From contig MU004199.1 in NCBI GenBank assembly GCA_010093605.1, positions 1,178,001 through 1,242,000 on the forward strand: DNA of 64,000 nucleotides. Reading direction: 5' to 3'. The translations under genes were made by a program, and so were the position numbers. This document shows, in pieces, positions 1 through 11,196 of this stretch. The notes under the pieces are model-generated. The model was not told the DNA's origin. It was given only the letters and a program-made list of their open reading frames with translations, and ran no database searches. The first letter of the stretch is position 1. Each line of letters begins with the position of its first letter. The stretch is from Lophium mytilinum. Lineage: Eukaryota.

Positions 1-509
1 AAGCTTCACGCAGTGCAGATTAGACTGCCTCTATGACTAGTTGCCTGCTCAGCAGTCAGGCTGCCCCCAGCAGTGGTGCTGAGTGGGCAAATTGGAGCCG
101 AGTCCATGTGCCCAGACTTGTGGCCTAGGACTGTAAGTAGGGCGGTGTTGGGAACGTACTATACGCTGCGTAATATATGGGCAGATTAGAGTACTCTAGC
201 TAAAATAAGAGGTTTACGCAGTCGGCTTCGCACATATCTTCACCATTCGCTGTAGCATTTGGTCACCTCAGATTCTACAAGCGAAGATGACTTTGCCTTA
301 GCATAATAATAGTCCCTGAGTTGAGCACGAGGAAACTTCTATATGACTCCTTGGTTCATCTTCTTAATCGGGACCCTGAGTTGGATTGCAATGACCTTCC
401 CCTTTGTGAACTCGAAACTAGGAACTCGGCCATCCTCTCTTCCGATATCAGCCTTCCACCATCGAGCAAGTACCTAGCTAAGAGCTATCAGGACCGCTCG
501 GGAGTTAGT

Positions 510-1026
510 TCAATTCGTCGAACCAGGCTTTCCTTGTCCGAGGTCGTTGGACTGGGACACTTCTCCCTGGGTGGGGGGTGCATGGAGGAGGGTGAGTCGA
601 TCGAATTCGCGGGCAGCCATCGCGGTTCGCAATCCCTGGAAAGGCATTAGCCTGGACATGAATGTATCGCAGAGCATTGAACAGACGCAGGCATTGTTCA
701 ATCGAGTGTACATACTCGCTTCTCTGCATTGATCGCTGCAATCTCCTTGTGGATTTTCGCTTCCCTCTTCAGAATCCCCTCCATCTGCTCAAGTAACTCT
801 ACATCCCTCTTGTCTAGTTGGACTAGCTTCTCTCTTGTAAGTCATCGAACGTTGGAATGTCGTAGCTGAGAAGAGGACCTACAAGCTCTTGGGACTCCAA
901 GTTCTTCAGAATAGCGGCCTTTCGTTTTGCTAACTCCTCAAGCTTAGCCTCGGTGGTGAGAACTTTGCCGTCAGGCCGGTTGGACAATTTTTCCCAGCCA
1001 TTCATCAGAGCTTCGCTGGCCGACAT
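510..1026 (-). CDS. Possible small multi-exon coiled-coil orphan gene (or relic)
   Basis: ATG at 1026 (MSASEALMNGWEKL...). A heptad-like frame follows (KLVQLDKRDVELLEQMEGILKREAKIHKEIAAINAEKR), then an intron GTATGT...GCTAAT...CAG and a last exon GLRTAMAAREFD...* ending at 510. The acceptor of the first intron is ambiguous. Confidence 0.35.
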
Positions 1027-1980
1027 AGTGTTGTGGGTGTGCCAGTTCGATGTGGTAGATCGGGAGCAGGTTTGGGTGGTGTAGTGATAGAGTGTGGTCA
1101 GGAAAAGTCCGAATGGAGCTTGACATTAGCATCAAAGAGATCCGGTGGCTACATAAACATTGAAGGAATGGTGAATGTAGAAGCTACAAGCCACAATCCC
1201 GATGTCAGGCCCACACATCATTACTGTTCCCTCCTAGTAACCGACTTGGACACCGACTCTCACATAACATAGTAGAGTTCATGTAGTGAGAACCCCTAGA
1301 GACAATATGCGCACTGTAAGTAGAGCGTCTAAATTTCGATGCAACCGCCTTGCATTCTTACTCGTCAAGTCTCCACGCTGTTGACTATTGAGGTATCTTA
1401 GCTAGCTATCTATTTCGCGGAAGCATACCCCTTCATGCTGCGATTTAGCATGGAGCCAGAACTCAAATACGGTTATACTTGGTGCGTACTTAGAAATCTA
1501 GAATATGATCTCAAGCTTCACTTTCATTCCTTACAATCCTCCCACCCCCAGGGGTCTTCGACAGCCCCAATACGCATTCCTACGTAATTCGTCTCGCAGG
1601 TGCAAGAACCCGGGTGTAAAATCCTAGATTCATTACCGGTTGTATGGGCCACGACGCTACGACTTCTTCACAGTGTGCAGGAAAATATACCAGTCTTTTG
1701 TAAATATGACACCGTTTACTGGTGTATGATTTAGCTCTTCTGCGGGTAGTCTACGGCCAATTTTCGGAACGGTTCAGGAAACTCGCCGACGCTCTAATCG
1801 GTACGAAAGACCAAAACCCCCCTTCCGTCAACACTTACCCTCTTAGAAGCCACAATACTAGCTACCATAGCTTTTGCCATGTACACGCCCATAGCTATGG
1901 CATGCCGCCTTGCCCAGCCCTCACTCCGTCTGCAGCACATCCAAGGCCGTCTCACTTGCCCTTGCTGGAAGGGTCCTTGA

Positions 1981-2748
1981 TCAACGCTTTGATTCCAAGC
2001 ACCACTTCTGGTCGATCTTGGGCGCGTCCGCCGCACGAACCCTCATCTTGCGGACCTCCTCGGCGGTGAACTCGCGTACCTTGCACGCAGAAGCCACCTG
2101 GCTCTTGTGGATGTCGCTGCCATGGGCATTGTGTAGGTGGCGATGGAAGCCCGCGACACCCTTCACCCAATCCGCCTCCTCGTTAGGCATACCCGTCATG
2201 GGCTTGATTGCGTTGCCATCACAGGCAGAGCAGCGAAGCTCCATCCACATGTCCTCGTGGTAGACGACGGTGGGGTAGCCTTCCATATCTTTCTCCTCCA
2301 GGCGGCGGGGCACGTCACAGTCTGGGACGCCGTTATCGCTCAGGACTCTATCTGGAGCCCTGGGCCTGGCAAGGAATATGGAAGGCCGATTGATTTTACG
2401 AGCACGTGGAGCCTTCCTGAACTTCTTGGCTCTGGCTGCGTCTATCTCGGCCAGCGTCTCCTCGCTCACTTCCTCGATCTTACGGCGCTTATCCAGTCCA
2501 TCGGCTTTCTCACAGATCTCACGTAGTCGCGATGCGCTACGGGCTCGGCGGCGACCAGTGTTGACTGGCGGGTCGTCTTCGAAATGGGAACGGGGATCAA
2601 TAATGGTACGACCGTCGTTGGTGGAAGGCCTCGCTGCATTCAGCTTCTTGGTGGTAGATCGTCCGCGCTTGAGGCTTTGCTTCTTATAGTTGGGGCCAAG
2701 AAGGTCACGCTTTGCCCGCAATGCCCTACGCTGCTCTTTGGCGGACAT
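1981..2748 (-). CDS. Hypothetical basic protein with C-terminal atypical CxxC...HxxxH (zinc-finger-like) domain; paralog of 22525..23765
   Basis: First ATG (MSAKEQRRAL) lies downstream of a TATA-like TATTTAAA at about 2852-2859. Lys/Arg-rich N-terminus. Motif YPTVV-x4-W-x-ELRCSAC-x27-HLHNAHG aligns with the 23 kb protein. Confidence 0.75.
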   Translation of the reverse strand: MSAKEQRRALRAKRDLLGPNYKKQSLKRGRSTTKKLNAARPSTNDGRTIIDPRSHFEDDPPVNTGRRRARSASRLREICEKADGLDKRRKIEEVSEETLAEIDAARAKKFRKAPRARKINRPSIFLARPRAPDRVLSDNGVPDCDVPRRLEEKDMEGYPTVVYHEDMWMELRCSACDGNAIKPMTGMPNEEADWVKGVAGFHRHLHNAHGSDIHKSQVASACKVREFTAEEVRKMRVRAADAPKIDQKWCLESKR

Positions 2749-5700
2749 AATGTCTGGCTGTAACGACTGTGAGATGTAGTAGGCTTTGAAGTGTGGTGGA
2801 TTGCAGCTTCTGGCTTGGTGGTGGTTGAGGAGAGTAACTCGGGGGGAGGGGTTTAAATACTCGAGGAGCGCGCAGAAGGAATGTCGCGAGGATCGAAGGA
2901 GTGAATGGAAAATGCCTTCTCGATGATTCCACCGGCACAGTGCTTCCAACTATTCTGCACAGGAACCAGGCGTCCACAGACTTTTAGGCTGTCTCAATTC
3001 ACCATACCATAGTTCAAGTGCTCGTCTAACTCTACGACACCACCACCGGGGACGCCGGTCATAAGCCCTAAAGAGATTCAGGAGTCGATGGCGTTGAATG
3101 GTGATGTATGTGCCTGGCGACCTCAAGACAATTTTCCTTTTCCCAGTCCACCGCACCAACGTACTGTGGGAACGAGCTGTTGTTTCCTGAATACCAATCG
3201 CCAGGGCTCTCACTAAAGCTATACCTTTACCTTACATGTCTCTACATCCCCCTCTTTCATAAATTGTGCTCTTGCAACTTTAGAGCAGATAAAGGTTTGC
3301 AGTGCTGTGATTAGGCTGGACCTCAACGACTATGGTGCTAGGCTCATCGGATGTATGCATTTATACATGGGGGCATCCGCAAAAGCATTGGGGAAGTGAT
3401 TAAGGGCCTACGTTGAGTAGTTAGCGCAGTTCTAGTACCCACATGAACATCGAGAATATAGGATCGCGGCCCAGCATATCATCCCTATGGTAAAAATGAG
3501 AGAGAGATGAAGTAGCTATAGCGAAAGAGGAGTGGGGGATTTGCAGAGCATTATACTAGTAAGCGGCTCGATGACCTGTAACTAAATCAGAGTAGATCTA
3601 ATCTTGTTTTGTTTTTGGACATTGTTCATTCGGCACAATTGCATCAACTTACCTCCGTTTGCCTACCCGATTTCCCCTACTTAGGATTTCGGAGGGGCGA
3701 CACAGTCTACTTACTCTAGTTGAAGTTCCAATCTAAATTCAGCCAATTCCCCTTCAAGAGGGGATAGACTTAGCCGGCAGATATGAATGATATCCTTCTT
3801 ACCCATCTATTTTACCTTCTCACGTGATTATCACGTGTCTTGTTAGCAATACCCTCAGCTCTATATCAACGACGAGTCTCTGAAGAAAAGAGAACTTTGT
3901 CGGCACCCAAAAGTTTAAGAATTAGTACATACATCTTCTATAATTCCAGCATGAGAACCTACTGGACGGGTTTACTCGCCTCCAAGGCTTAACACCTAAG
4001 CTCCAAGCTCTCCGACAATGCTTCCACCAACACAGCCCCCATCTTGCAACGTTTCAGACCCTAGGAAGATGACTCTCTTACCATAGACCTCCTCGCCAAT
4101 ACCGCTATCGTCCAAGCCCCCGTCCCATTGGATATACTGTGTGCCGAATACACCCCTCACGACATTAGTTTTCGCCAATTTTGAACACCATGTCCTGTCC
4201 ATAATCCCACAAAGCTGGTTCCACACCGACTCCCCCGTCCTACCTGAACACTCAACAAATTAATTGACGCGGCACCAGCTTATGTGTTACACGAACACCT
4301 CTCCATCGCCAACGACAGCAAACAAGCGCGTCTCTGCCTGGCACCTCCACCTCTTATAACTCGCACGCTACAGATTAAAACAAAGGCCTTCTACATTGAT
4401 GCAAAGTTGACTGTGACGTCAGGGGTGTCGCAGTGCTTTTCTCTGAAACATGGGAGGACATCTTCATTCCTCGGCTTCGCAATTTGGTGTGATGGTTTTC
4501 AATCACGCTTCCATCTCTTGGGGTTCTCAGTAACTTACCTTTGTACCTAGATTTGAACCTGGACTATGTATACTCCTAGACACTGCAAATCGGTCCCGCT
4601 GCCACATCTTGAATGCGCTCATCCCGGTTCTCCTAATACTCTTAAGAGATATAGAATTCGTGACAGCGCAAATCTGAGCATCGAACGTGACCGCATTCCG
4701 CGCTCGCGGCAACATTCAAGGGCGGTCCAGTAGAGTTCTTGTGCGAACGACGCATAAAAACTGCTTGACGCCATTAATTGGAGCGTTGGTGTTAGCATGG
4801 CAAAGTGAAGTAAAGTTGCCCACCATCTAGTCATGAAGTTCTTACCAGGCAGCAAATTTGAAGAGTTTTGGCCAAGGAGAATCGGAGCAGATACAGCTTA
4901 CATTTACTACAACGCAGGCAATTTGCTTCAAGGGTGTCGAGACTTTCATAACATGGACGGATTCTTAGCATCTTAGATATCTTGGCTATCCGGGGATTTT
5001 TGAGATATGCATGTATAAAAACGTGGAGAGTAGTTCCATTCATATAGACATGGCATATTCAGCAAGCACGTGGAGACGCAGCATCGCAGCAGATGGAAGA
5101 CGAAGAAACGCAAGACTATTGTGAATGGCGACATTTGCCGAATGCAAATCAAAGGAATGGAGACCTACATACCTTCCATTCTTGAAAACTTACAACACTA
5201 TAGAAACCAACGCGATAATCTGGGCAAGTTGTGAATCATGCAAGAGTCGCCGAAATCAAGATCACCACGCGGTGTTAAGATAGATCGGCCTGGGGCCTGA
5301 GGCCTGAGGTCGGACTACCTGCTTTTGCCCAGCAGCGGGTATTGTTTTACCGTCACGGGTGTTCAGGGGTGATAGCGATGTCTAGACCACGGTTTAATCT
5401 GACTCGAAGGACTTCGGCGTTGAAGCGGCGCTGTGGAGAACGGCTGAAATCCTGGGGTACTCCACATCTGATTCGAAGCCGAACGTGATCAACTAGGGGA
5501 TCATCCAAAATTGAATCGTGTGGAAGATGATTGCCGCGAAAGTCGATGTGCGTTGCTACTGTACAGTATCCCGTTTCATCACATTCGGCAGACGATCTAT
5601 CAGCCCACCGGGTTTGGCCAATCTGACTGCAAGCTGCTCGTAGCTTGTTGAACTTGTTGAAGAGTTCCGGAACACTCGGCGAAAATGCCGTGAGAGCCGC

Positions 5701-7421
5701 GAGAAATGCCGTAAGCCCGCCTAGAGAGACATATCACCAGATATTCTTGCCTTTGGAATGTGATCGAAGTTGCGCAGCATCAAATTCCCGAGAAAGTCGA
5801 CAAAGTGGAGCCTCCACGTCCTCTATTATGTAGAGGTCTCATCACCATCGCGTGATGTGGGGTAGACGACTTCCGACTTCCGATGAATGCCAAGAATCCG
5901 GGGACGTCGACGACTTGAGGGGGCCAACATCACGCCGTCCGGATGATGATATCAGGGTTTCTCGCATATACATCCTGCATATCGTCAGAAATGCAGGAGG
6001 CTGAAGTCGAATTGTCGGGGTCAGCCAATCGCGTGCGAAGCTGACCCCGGACGCTGCACGAAGGGAGATCTCCAGAGGGGTTGGCCATCGGGTCAAGGGC
6101 ATGGGGGCGGGGGATGGAAGCTTGATTGCGGATCGACTGCCACTGCTGCTCGCCGCCGACAAACGGCGTCGAGGATCGCGGCGTGATTCGAAGGCGGCGG
6201 CATGGGTGAAAGGGACTTTAGGATGCTAACTCGGCACAACTCCAGAAACCTGGGGCCGGACAAGTGGCCGGCACTTGGCCGGGGCATCATCGGTAAGCGG
6301 AAGCCGATATCAATTCGGAGCAGACTCGGCGGAGGGTTTGCCGTCCGCTGGCTGGACGTGGAGGACGCCGAAGGGTCGGGCTAGTTGACTCGCAGCTCCA
6401 CAGCTGGGGAGATGACGGGCTGGTCGCTGGGCAGCGAGGGGCACGAGTTGTTTTATCAGCGCGGTACCTTGCAGCTGTCTAACAGGCGTCGGGATGCTCG
6501 AAACGGCGATTCCGGGGGATTCAGTGGAGTTTGGAGGGGCCTTTTGAGATTCATGGCCACGGATTGGGCGCCCGTTGGCTTACTCGAGCTTCTATTCCGG
6601 ATATTCCCGACCCACGTGCGCGACATCTGGGCCTCCACGCTCCGCCATCGCAAATTTCCGTGATAACGGAGCAATTCGCCTTCGCGCCTGGAAGCAGAAG
6701 GTACTAGCACTCTCAAACTAGACGAACCTGCCCAGCTAACCTCTACAGCATGTCTTTACGTCCGGTGAACGAGCGCTAAAATCAAGCCACAAACTTACCG
6801 TATAAGGTAGCGATTCCGGACGCCCTTAGGGAGGATTGACAGCTGCCTAGCCAATGATTCTTCAAGCCAGCTCACTATTAGCCCAGAAAAGGAGGTTTAC
6901 AGGGGTCGACTCAGTTTCCGCGCTAGTTCATCGGACGTGAAGAGATGCTGTACTGTCGCATCTGCGGACGCTGACAGGGAAAGTTTTTCCCCCGAAAAAG
7001 AAGCCCCGGTGGCATGAAAATTGAACCCCAGACTTGCACATGTCAACGTCGTTCTGTCCATGACGACGTTTTGACGACGGCTTGGCAGAAGCATGTGCGG
7101 AAGATGCGATGCATCATCAGGGTCTGGCTGGCTGCAGGACTGCAGGACTGCATCGCATCGCGATCGCGAGTCGCGTTGCTTTGAGACGGCGGCCGCCAAG
7201 ATAAGAATACATATCATATGCATCCCCTTTTTGATGCTTCCACTGTGCGTCCAGACGACACCCCGGATGCCGTGGAACCGCTACTGCTACTATTTCCGCC
7301 CATACCGGGGCAGTCGGCTCGTTAAACCGTGCTCGCTGAAGCCAGACGCATGGGGGGTGCACCCCCACCGATGGGTGATCACTGATGCTGAGGGAGGTTT
7401 GGTTTGACGACAAGGTCGCGG

Positions 7422-7589
7422 CTGGGGAACGACGCCTCGCCTGGGAGTCTGGAGACGGATCTGCCGGGGACACTGGAATCTGGCACGCCTGGGGAGATCG
7501 GTGCTGTTTCGCCGGACATCGCCTACAACCTGCTGCCCCAGATGTCACTTTTTGTACACATGTCGTGATCCACCTGCGCTGTGGCGGAG
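7422..7589. promoter_or_regulatory. Cluster of CreA-type SYGGRG sites far upstream of creA
   Basis: CTGGGG 7422, CTGGAG 7449, CCGGGG 7464, CTGGGG 7489, CCCCAG 7536 (reverse strand), GCGGAG 7584. The region is GC-rich, so some matches are expected by chance. Confidence 0.35.
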
Positions 7590-9685
7590 ATGAGGATTCT
7601 GCCTGAGGTGGATGGGCGAGCTCCGTACTTGTTCGAGCTGCTGGACGCCCTGTCTTTCAATGCCCTCCTTGTCCAACACGCCTTCTCCACACCGACTCCC
7701 CCTCTCCACAATCTCCTTGCTCCTTTAATGTGTCCCGATAGATCAGCAGAGGTGGGTTAGGCGCCACGGAAAGTCTGGAGTCGGCGCTGTCACGCCGCAA
7801 GCGTCAAACCCCGACACGAGGCCTGCGGACGGCTTTACCCCAGAATCCAGATTTGTTCTCTCGGCCCCAGAAGGGTGACCCCCACTCCCTTCTTCCCGTC
7901 AGCCATGCTGCTGCGGTGGCACGTCCACATCTCGACGCAGCCACTGGATAAAGGGCCCAGCGTTCCGGTATGCCGTGGCTATTGGCCGCGATGCTGCACG
8001 CCTCGTCATCCCCATAATCTTGACATGTGCGATCCAGACAGGGAGGAGGCCTGGGGCCGGGGACAGCGTGCACAGGAGGAGGTGACGAAGATCGAGGGCT
8101 GATGCCACATTGCCCATACAGCCGCTTCTGGAGATTGGCGACTGGGTGCAGAGTGACGGCGGAGGCCTGTCCTTGCCCACGGGGGCCCGCTGCCTGGCTG
8201 CTGGACTCGGAGGCGGCAGGGAGGGCTCGGGGGGCTTCCAGTGAGGGGTGCGGGATGGGGTGCTGCGAGTGAATGGGTCATCGATCCTTGTGATTGCTCT
8301 GCTTGCGACCTGTCTGCTTCGACCGCTCAGTCATCGTGTCACCGTCCGTCTCACCTGTCGCTTGGCCAATGGAGCCCGGGTCTGAAACCGCGCGCGCACA
8401 TGCGGCAGGGCGAGGAATTGTGAAAAGTGACCTGATGGAGCGGCGGTGGTGGTAGAGCGATATATCACCTCCACGCCCCCATCTCCGCGACGGAGAGACG
8501 GCAAACACCATCTATTGTGACCCCGGATTTGCATCGCTCTTGCCCGCCTCTGTCGAGATCGGTCCTGCTGCCTTGCCTGCATCCTACTGAACTCCTTGCC
8601 TCACAGTCCCCTTATCTACTGCCTACATACAAACACTGCCACCTGACGCAGCCTCACTCAGACACCCCATCCATTCCACACCACCACTCACCGAGCAGCC
8701 TCTCGTGACCCGCCCTCTTGACGCAGTCACGATAAGCTCCCACGCCGCCACGACTCCAGCACGTCCTGCCTAGACAGTACAAGTACCGCGTCGGCAGGCA
8801 GAGTCCAGACACGTCGCAAGGCAACCGAAAGCAGCATCTCCTTCACCGACGCCGCCTGCTGGGGTGCCCAAACAGTGTAACGCAAGTCCCGACTTCAGCC
8901 ACGGCTACTCTCACTCGGCTCGCAGCCCACGGCTTCGCGCAGCAGCCGACGAACACAGCGGACAGCGGACGGCCGGCGGGTGTTTCTGTCAGCTGGAGCC
9001 AGCGACGTCTTACGTCGGCTTTACCGTGGGCGCTTCCCGGGCCCTTCTCCACAAATACTGGAAAGTTTTGGGGCTCAAGTTCCGCCGAGAGATAGGAGGC
9101 ACTCGACCACGACACGTTGAGCCCATCGACCGACACCGGCGATATCTCGCAGCGGCAGAGTCTTGCAGATTGCAGAGTCTTTTTGCACGGCAAAACTCGC
9201 TGACGCTGACTCTTTCGGCGCTGCCGTCACGCCAGGCGCTGTCCACATCCACGCCTCGCAGTATCAGATCCCCGTCGTCTCCGCCCGCACAGTCGCATCG
9301 CGGGCTCACATTCCGCCCACGCAGCGCCAGACCTGGAGGCGCCGACAGCCCTGCCGGTCACTGCGCCCCGCCACTCGCTGGCCTGCTGCTTTCAGCCGGA
9401 GAGGCGCAGGCACACAGGGCGGCTCCCTTTCCCCCCCACAGGGACCACGTCGGGACGCTGAAGCACGCCTTCGACGCCTGCTCTCGTCTGCCCCGTCTGC
9501 CCCGTATCTCGCCCTCCGCCCCACCCACCAGGGCAAAAGAAAAGATCCAGCCTGTGTCTCCTGTTCGGGCTTGGCGCCCTCCTTTTTCCGGCGGATCCTC
9601 GAGACAAAGCTTGGTCCTGGGGCTCCTCTGTTTCGGCTCACATTCCCCACGTTTCTGCCCTTCTCGCCCTTAGCCCGGCCTGCCG

Positions 9686-9693
9686 TATATAAA
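9686..9693 (+). promoter_or_regulatory. TATA box of creA
   Basis: TATATAAA about 120 bp upstream of the ATG at 9811, followed by a pyrimidine-rich tract. Confidence 0.65.
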
Positions 9694-9810
9694 GATTTTG
9701 CACCCCCCCCCTCATCCCTCCGACTTTTGCTCGCCTACGACCCCCAACCCGCCACCGCTGCCCCTCCACCACCACGTCCGCCTCACCGCCTGCACCGCGT
9801 GGCCGATCAC

Positions 9811-11196
9811 ATGCAATCCTCATCATCGTCGGCGGGTTTCCAAAATCTGCTGAACCCAGAGACGCCCTCCGAGCTCCAGCAGCAGCAACTCCAGCAACAC
9901 CAACAACAGCAGCAAATCCAGCAGGGCCTCCAGCGCCCTAGCATCAGCCCACAGAGCGCCAGTCCGCCCGTCTCCGGTGCCTCGACGCCTGCACACCAGA
10001 GCGGCATGGCCGCTGCCACAGTGAGCCTCATGGGCTCGCTGCTCCAGAACGCCCCCACCCAGGACGACATGCGCCAGGACCTCCCGCGCCCGTACAAATG
10101 CCCCCTCTGTGACAAGGCCTTCCACCGCCTCGAGCACCAGACACGCCACATCCGCACGCACACGGGCGAGAAGCCGCACGCCTGCTCGTTCCCGGGCTGC
10201 TCGAAGCGCTTCAGTCGGTCGGACGAGCTCACGAGGCACTCGCGCATTCACAACAACCCCAACTCGCGCCGAGGAAACAAGCATAGTGCAGCTGCGGCTG
10301 CAGCCGCGGCGGCCGTCAGCGGCGGCGTGCTCGAGGGATCGTCGATGGCGCACATGATGCCACCGCCCTCGAAACCGATCTCCCGCTCGGCTCCCAGCTC
10401 CAACCTCGGCTCGCCCAACGTCTCGCCGCCGCAGTCCTTCTCCAACTACTCCAGCAACTTTCCGTCCGACCTGGCGTCGTACCGCACTGGCAGCAGCAAC
10501 GGCAGCAGTCCCAACGGTCTGGCGCGCATCGACCTGCTGGCAGATGCGGCGTCGCGGCTCGAGGGCCAGCGCCTTCAGACGCAGACAATGCAGCACAACC
10601 CGCTCGCGAACCGCCATTATCACAGCGGCCAGCACCAGCATCTGCACCACCCGTACAGCCACCACAACAGCGGACGCTTGCCCAGTCTTTCGGCGTATGC
10701 CTACTCGCAGCCAATGTCGAGATCGCACTCGCACGAGGACGACGACCAGTATGCGCATCGCATGACGAAGAAGTCGAGACCTGGATCTCCCATGTCCACT
10801 GCTCCGCCGTCGCCGACGTTCTCGCATGACTCATGCTCTCCAACCCCGGACCACACTCCGCTGGCAACGCCAGCGCACTCGCCACGTCTCAGGCCGCACG
10901 GATTCACTGACGTGCAGCTCCCTCACATCCGACACCTGTCCCTTCAACACACCCCAGCGCTCGCACCCATGGAACCCTCGACCGCGAGCGAGCAGCCGTA
11001 CGTTCCCACGCAGTCGTCCGGACTCAGGATCGGCGACATCATTGGACGCTCTGACGGCGCGCAGCGCAAGTTACCTGTTCCAGCAGCACCCAAAGTTGCA
11101 GTCCAGGACCTCCTGAATGGCGGGAGTGGCTTCTCCTCCGGAAATTCCTCCGCGACCGGCTCGTTAGCGGGCAACGACCTCATGGATCGTTTCTAG
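9811..11196 (+). CDS. creA: Carbon catabolite repressor CreA/Cre1 (Mig1-like C2H2 zinc-finger protein)
   Basis: [57 protein letters not shown]; poly-Ala tract; [11 protein letters not shown] acidic motif; [31 protein letters not shown]-terminus MQ...FQNLLNP. Intronless. Confidence 0.98.
   Translation: MQSSSSSAGFQNLLNPETPSELQQQQLQQHQQQQQIQQGLQRPSISPQSASPPVSGASTPAHQSGMAAATVSLMGSLLQNAPTQDDMRQDLPRPYKCPLCDKAFHRLEHQTRHIRTHTGEKPHACSFPGCSKRFSRSDELTRHSRIHNNPNSRRGNKHSAAAAAAAAAVSGGVLEGSSMAHMMPPPSKPISRSAPSSNLGSPNVSPPQSFSNYSSNFPSDLASYRTGSSNGSSPNGLARIDLLADAASRLEGQRLQTQTMQHNPLANRHYHSGQHQHLHHPYSHHNSGRLPSLSAYAYSQPMSRSHSHEDDDQYAHRMTKKSRPGSPMSTAPPSPTFSHDSCSPTPDHTPLATPAHSPRLRPHGFTDVQLPHIRHLSLQHTPALAPMEPSTASEQPYVPTQSSGLRIGDIIGRSDGAQRKLPVPAAPKVAVQDLLNGGSGFSSGNSSATGSLAGNDLMDRF

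Noticed and set aside
1300..3900. Possible TIRs around the 1981-2748 paralog
   Set aside because: Only short matches were found (e.g. CCCAGGGGT near 1547); no extended inverted alignment could be supported by eye.
4500..5060. Short minus-strand ORF fragments
   Set aside because: Many stops and no recognisable motif; possibly a degenerate relic, but unidentifiable.
9163..9810. 216-codon N-terminal extension of CreA and the overlapping 269-aa ORF 8864-9673
   Set aside because: Both have non-ATG starts, a TATA box lies inside at 9686, and the CreA-like N-terminus begins at 9811. Stop-poor GC-rich promoter DNA explains the open frames.
9807..10907. Long antisense ORFs over creA (and similar ones over LEU1, CDC73, caleosin and ALG7)
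   Set aside because: Shadow ORFs caused by strong GC3 codon bias.
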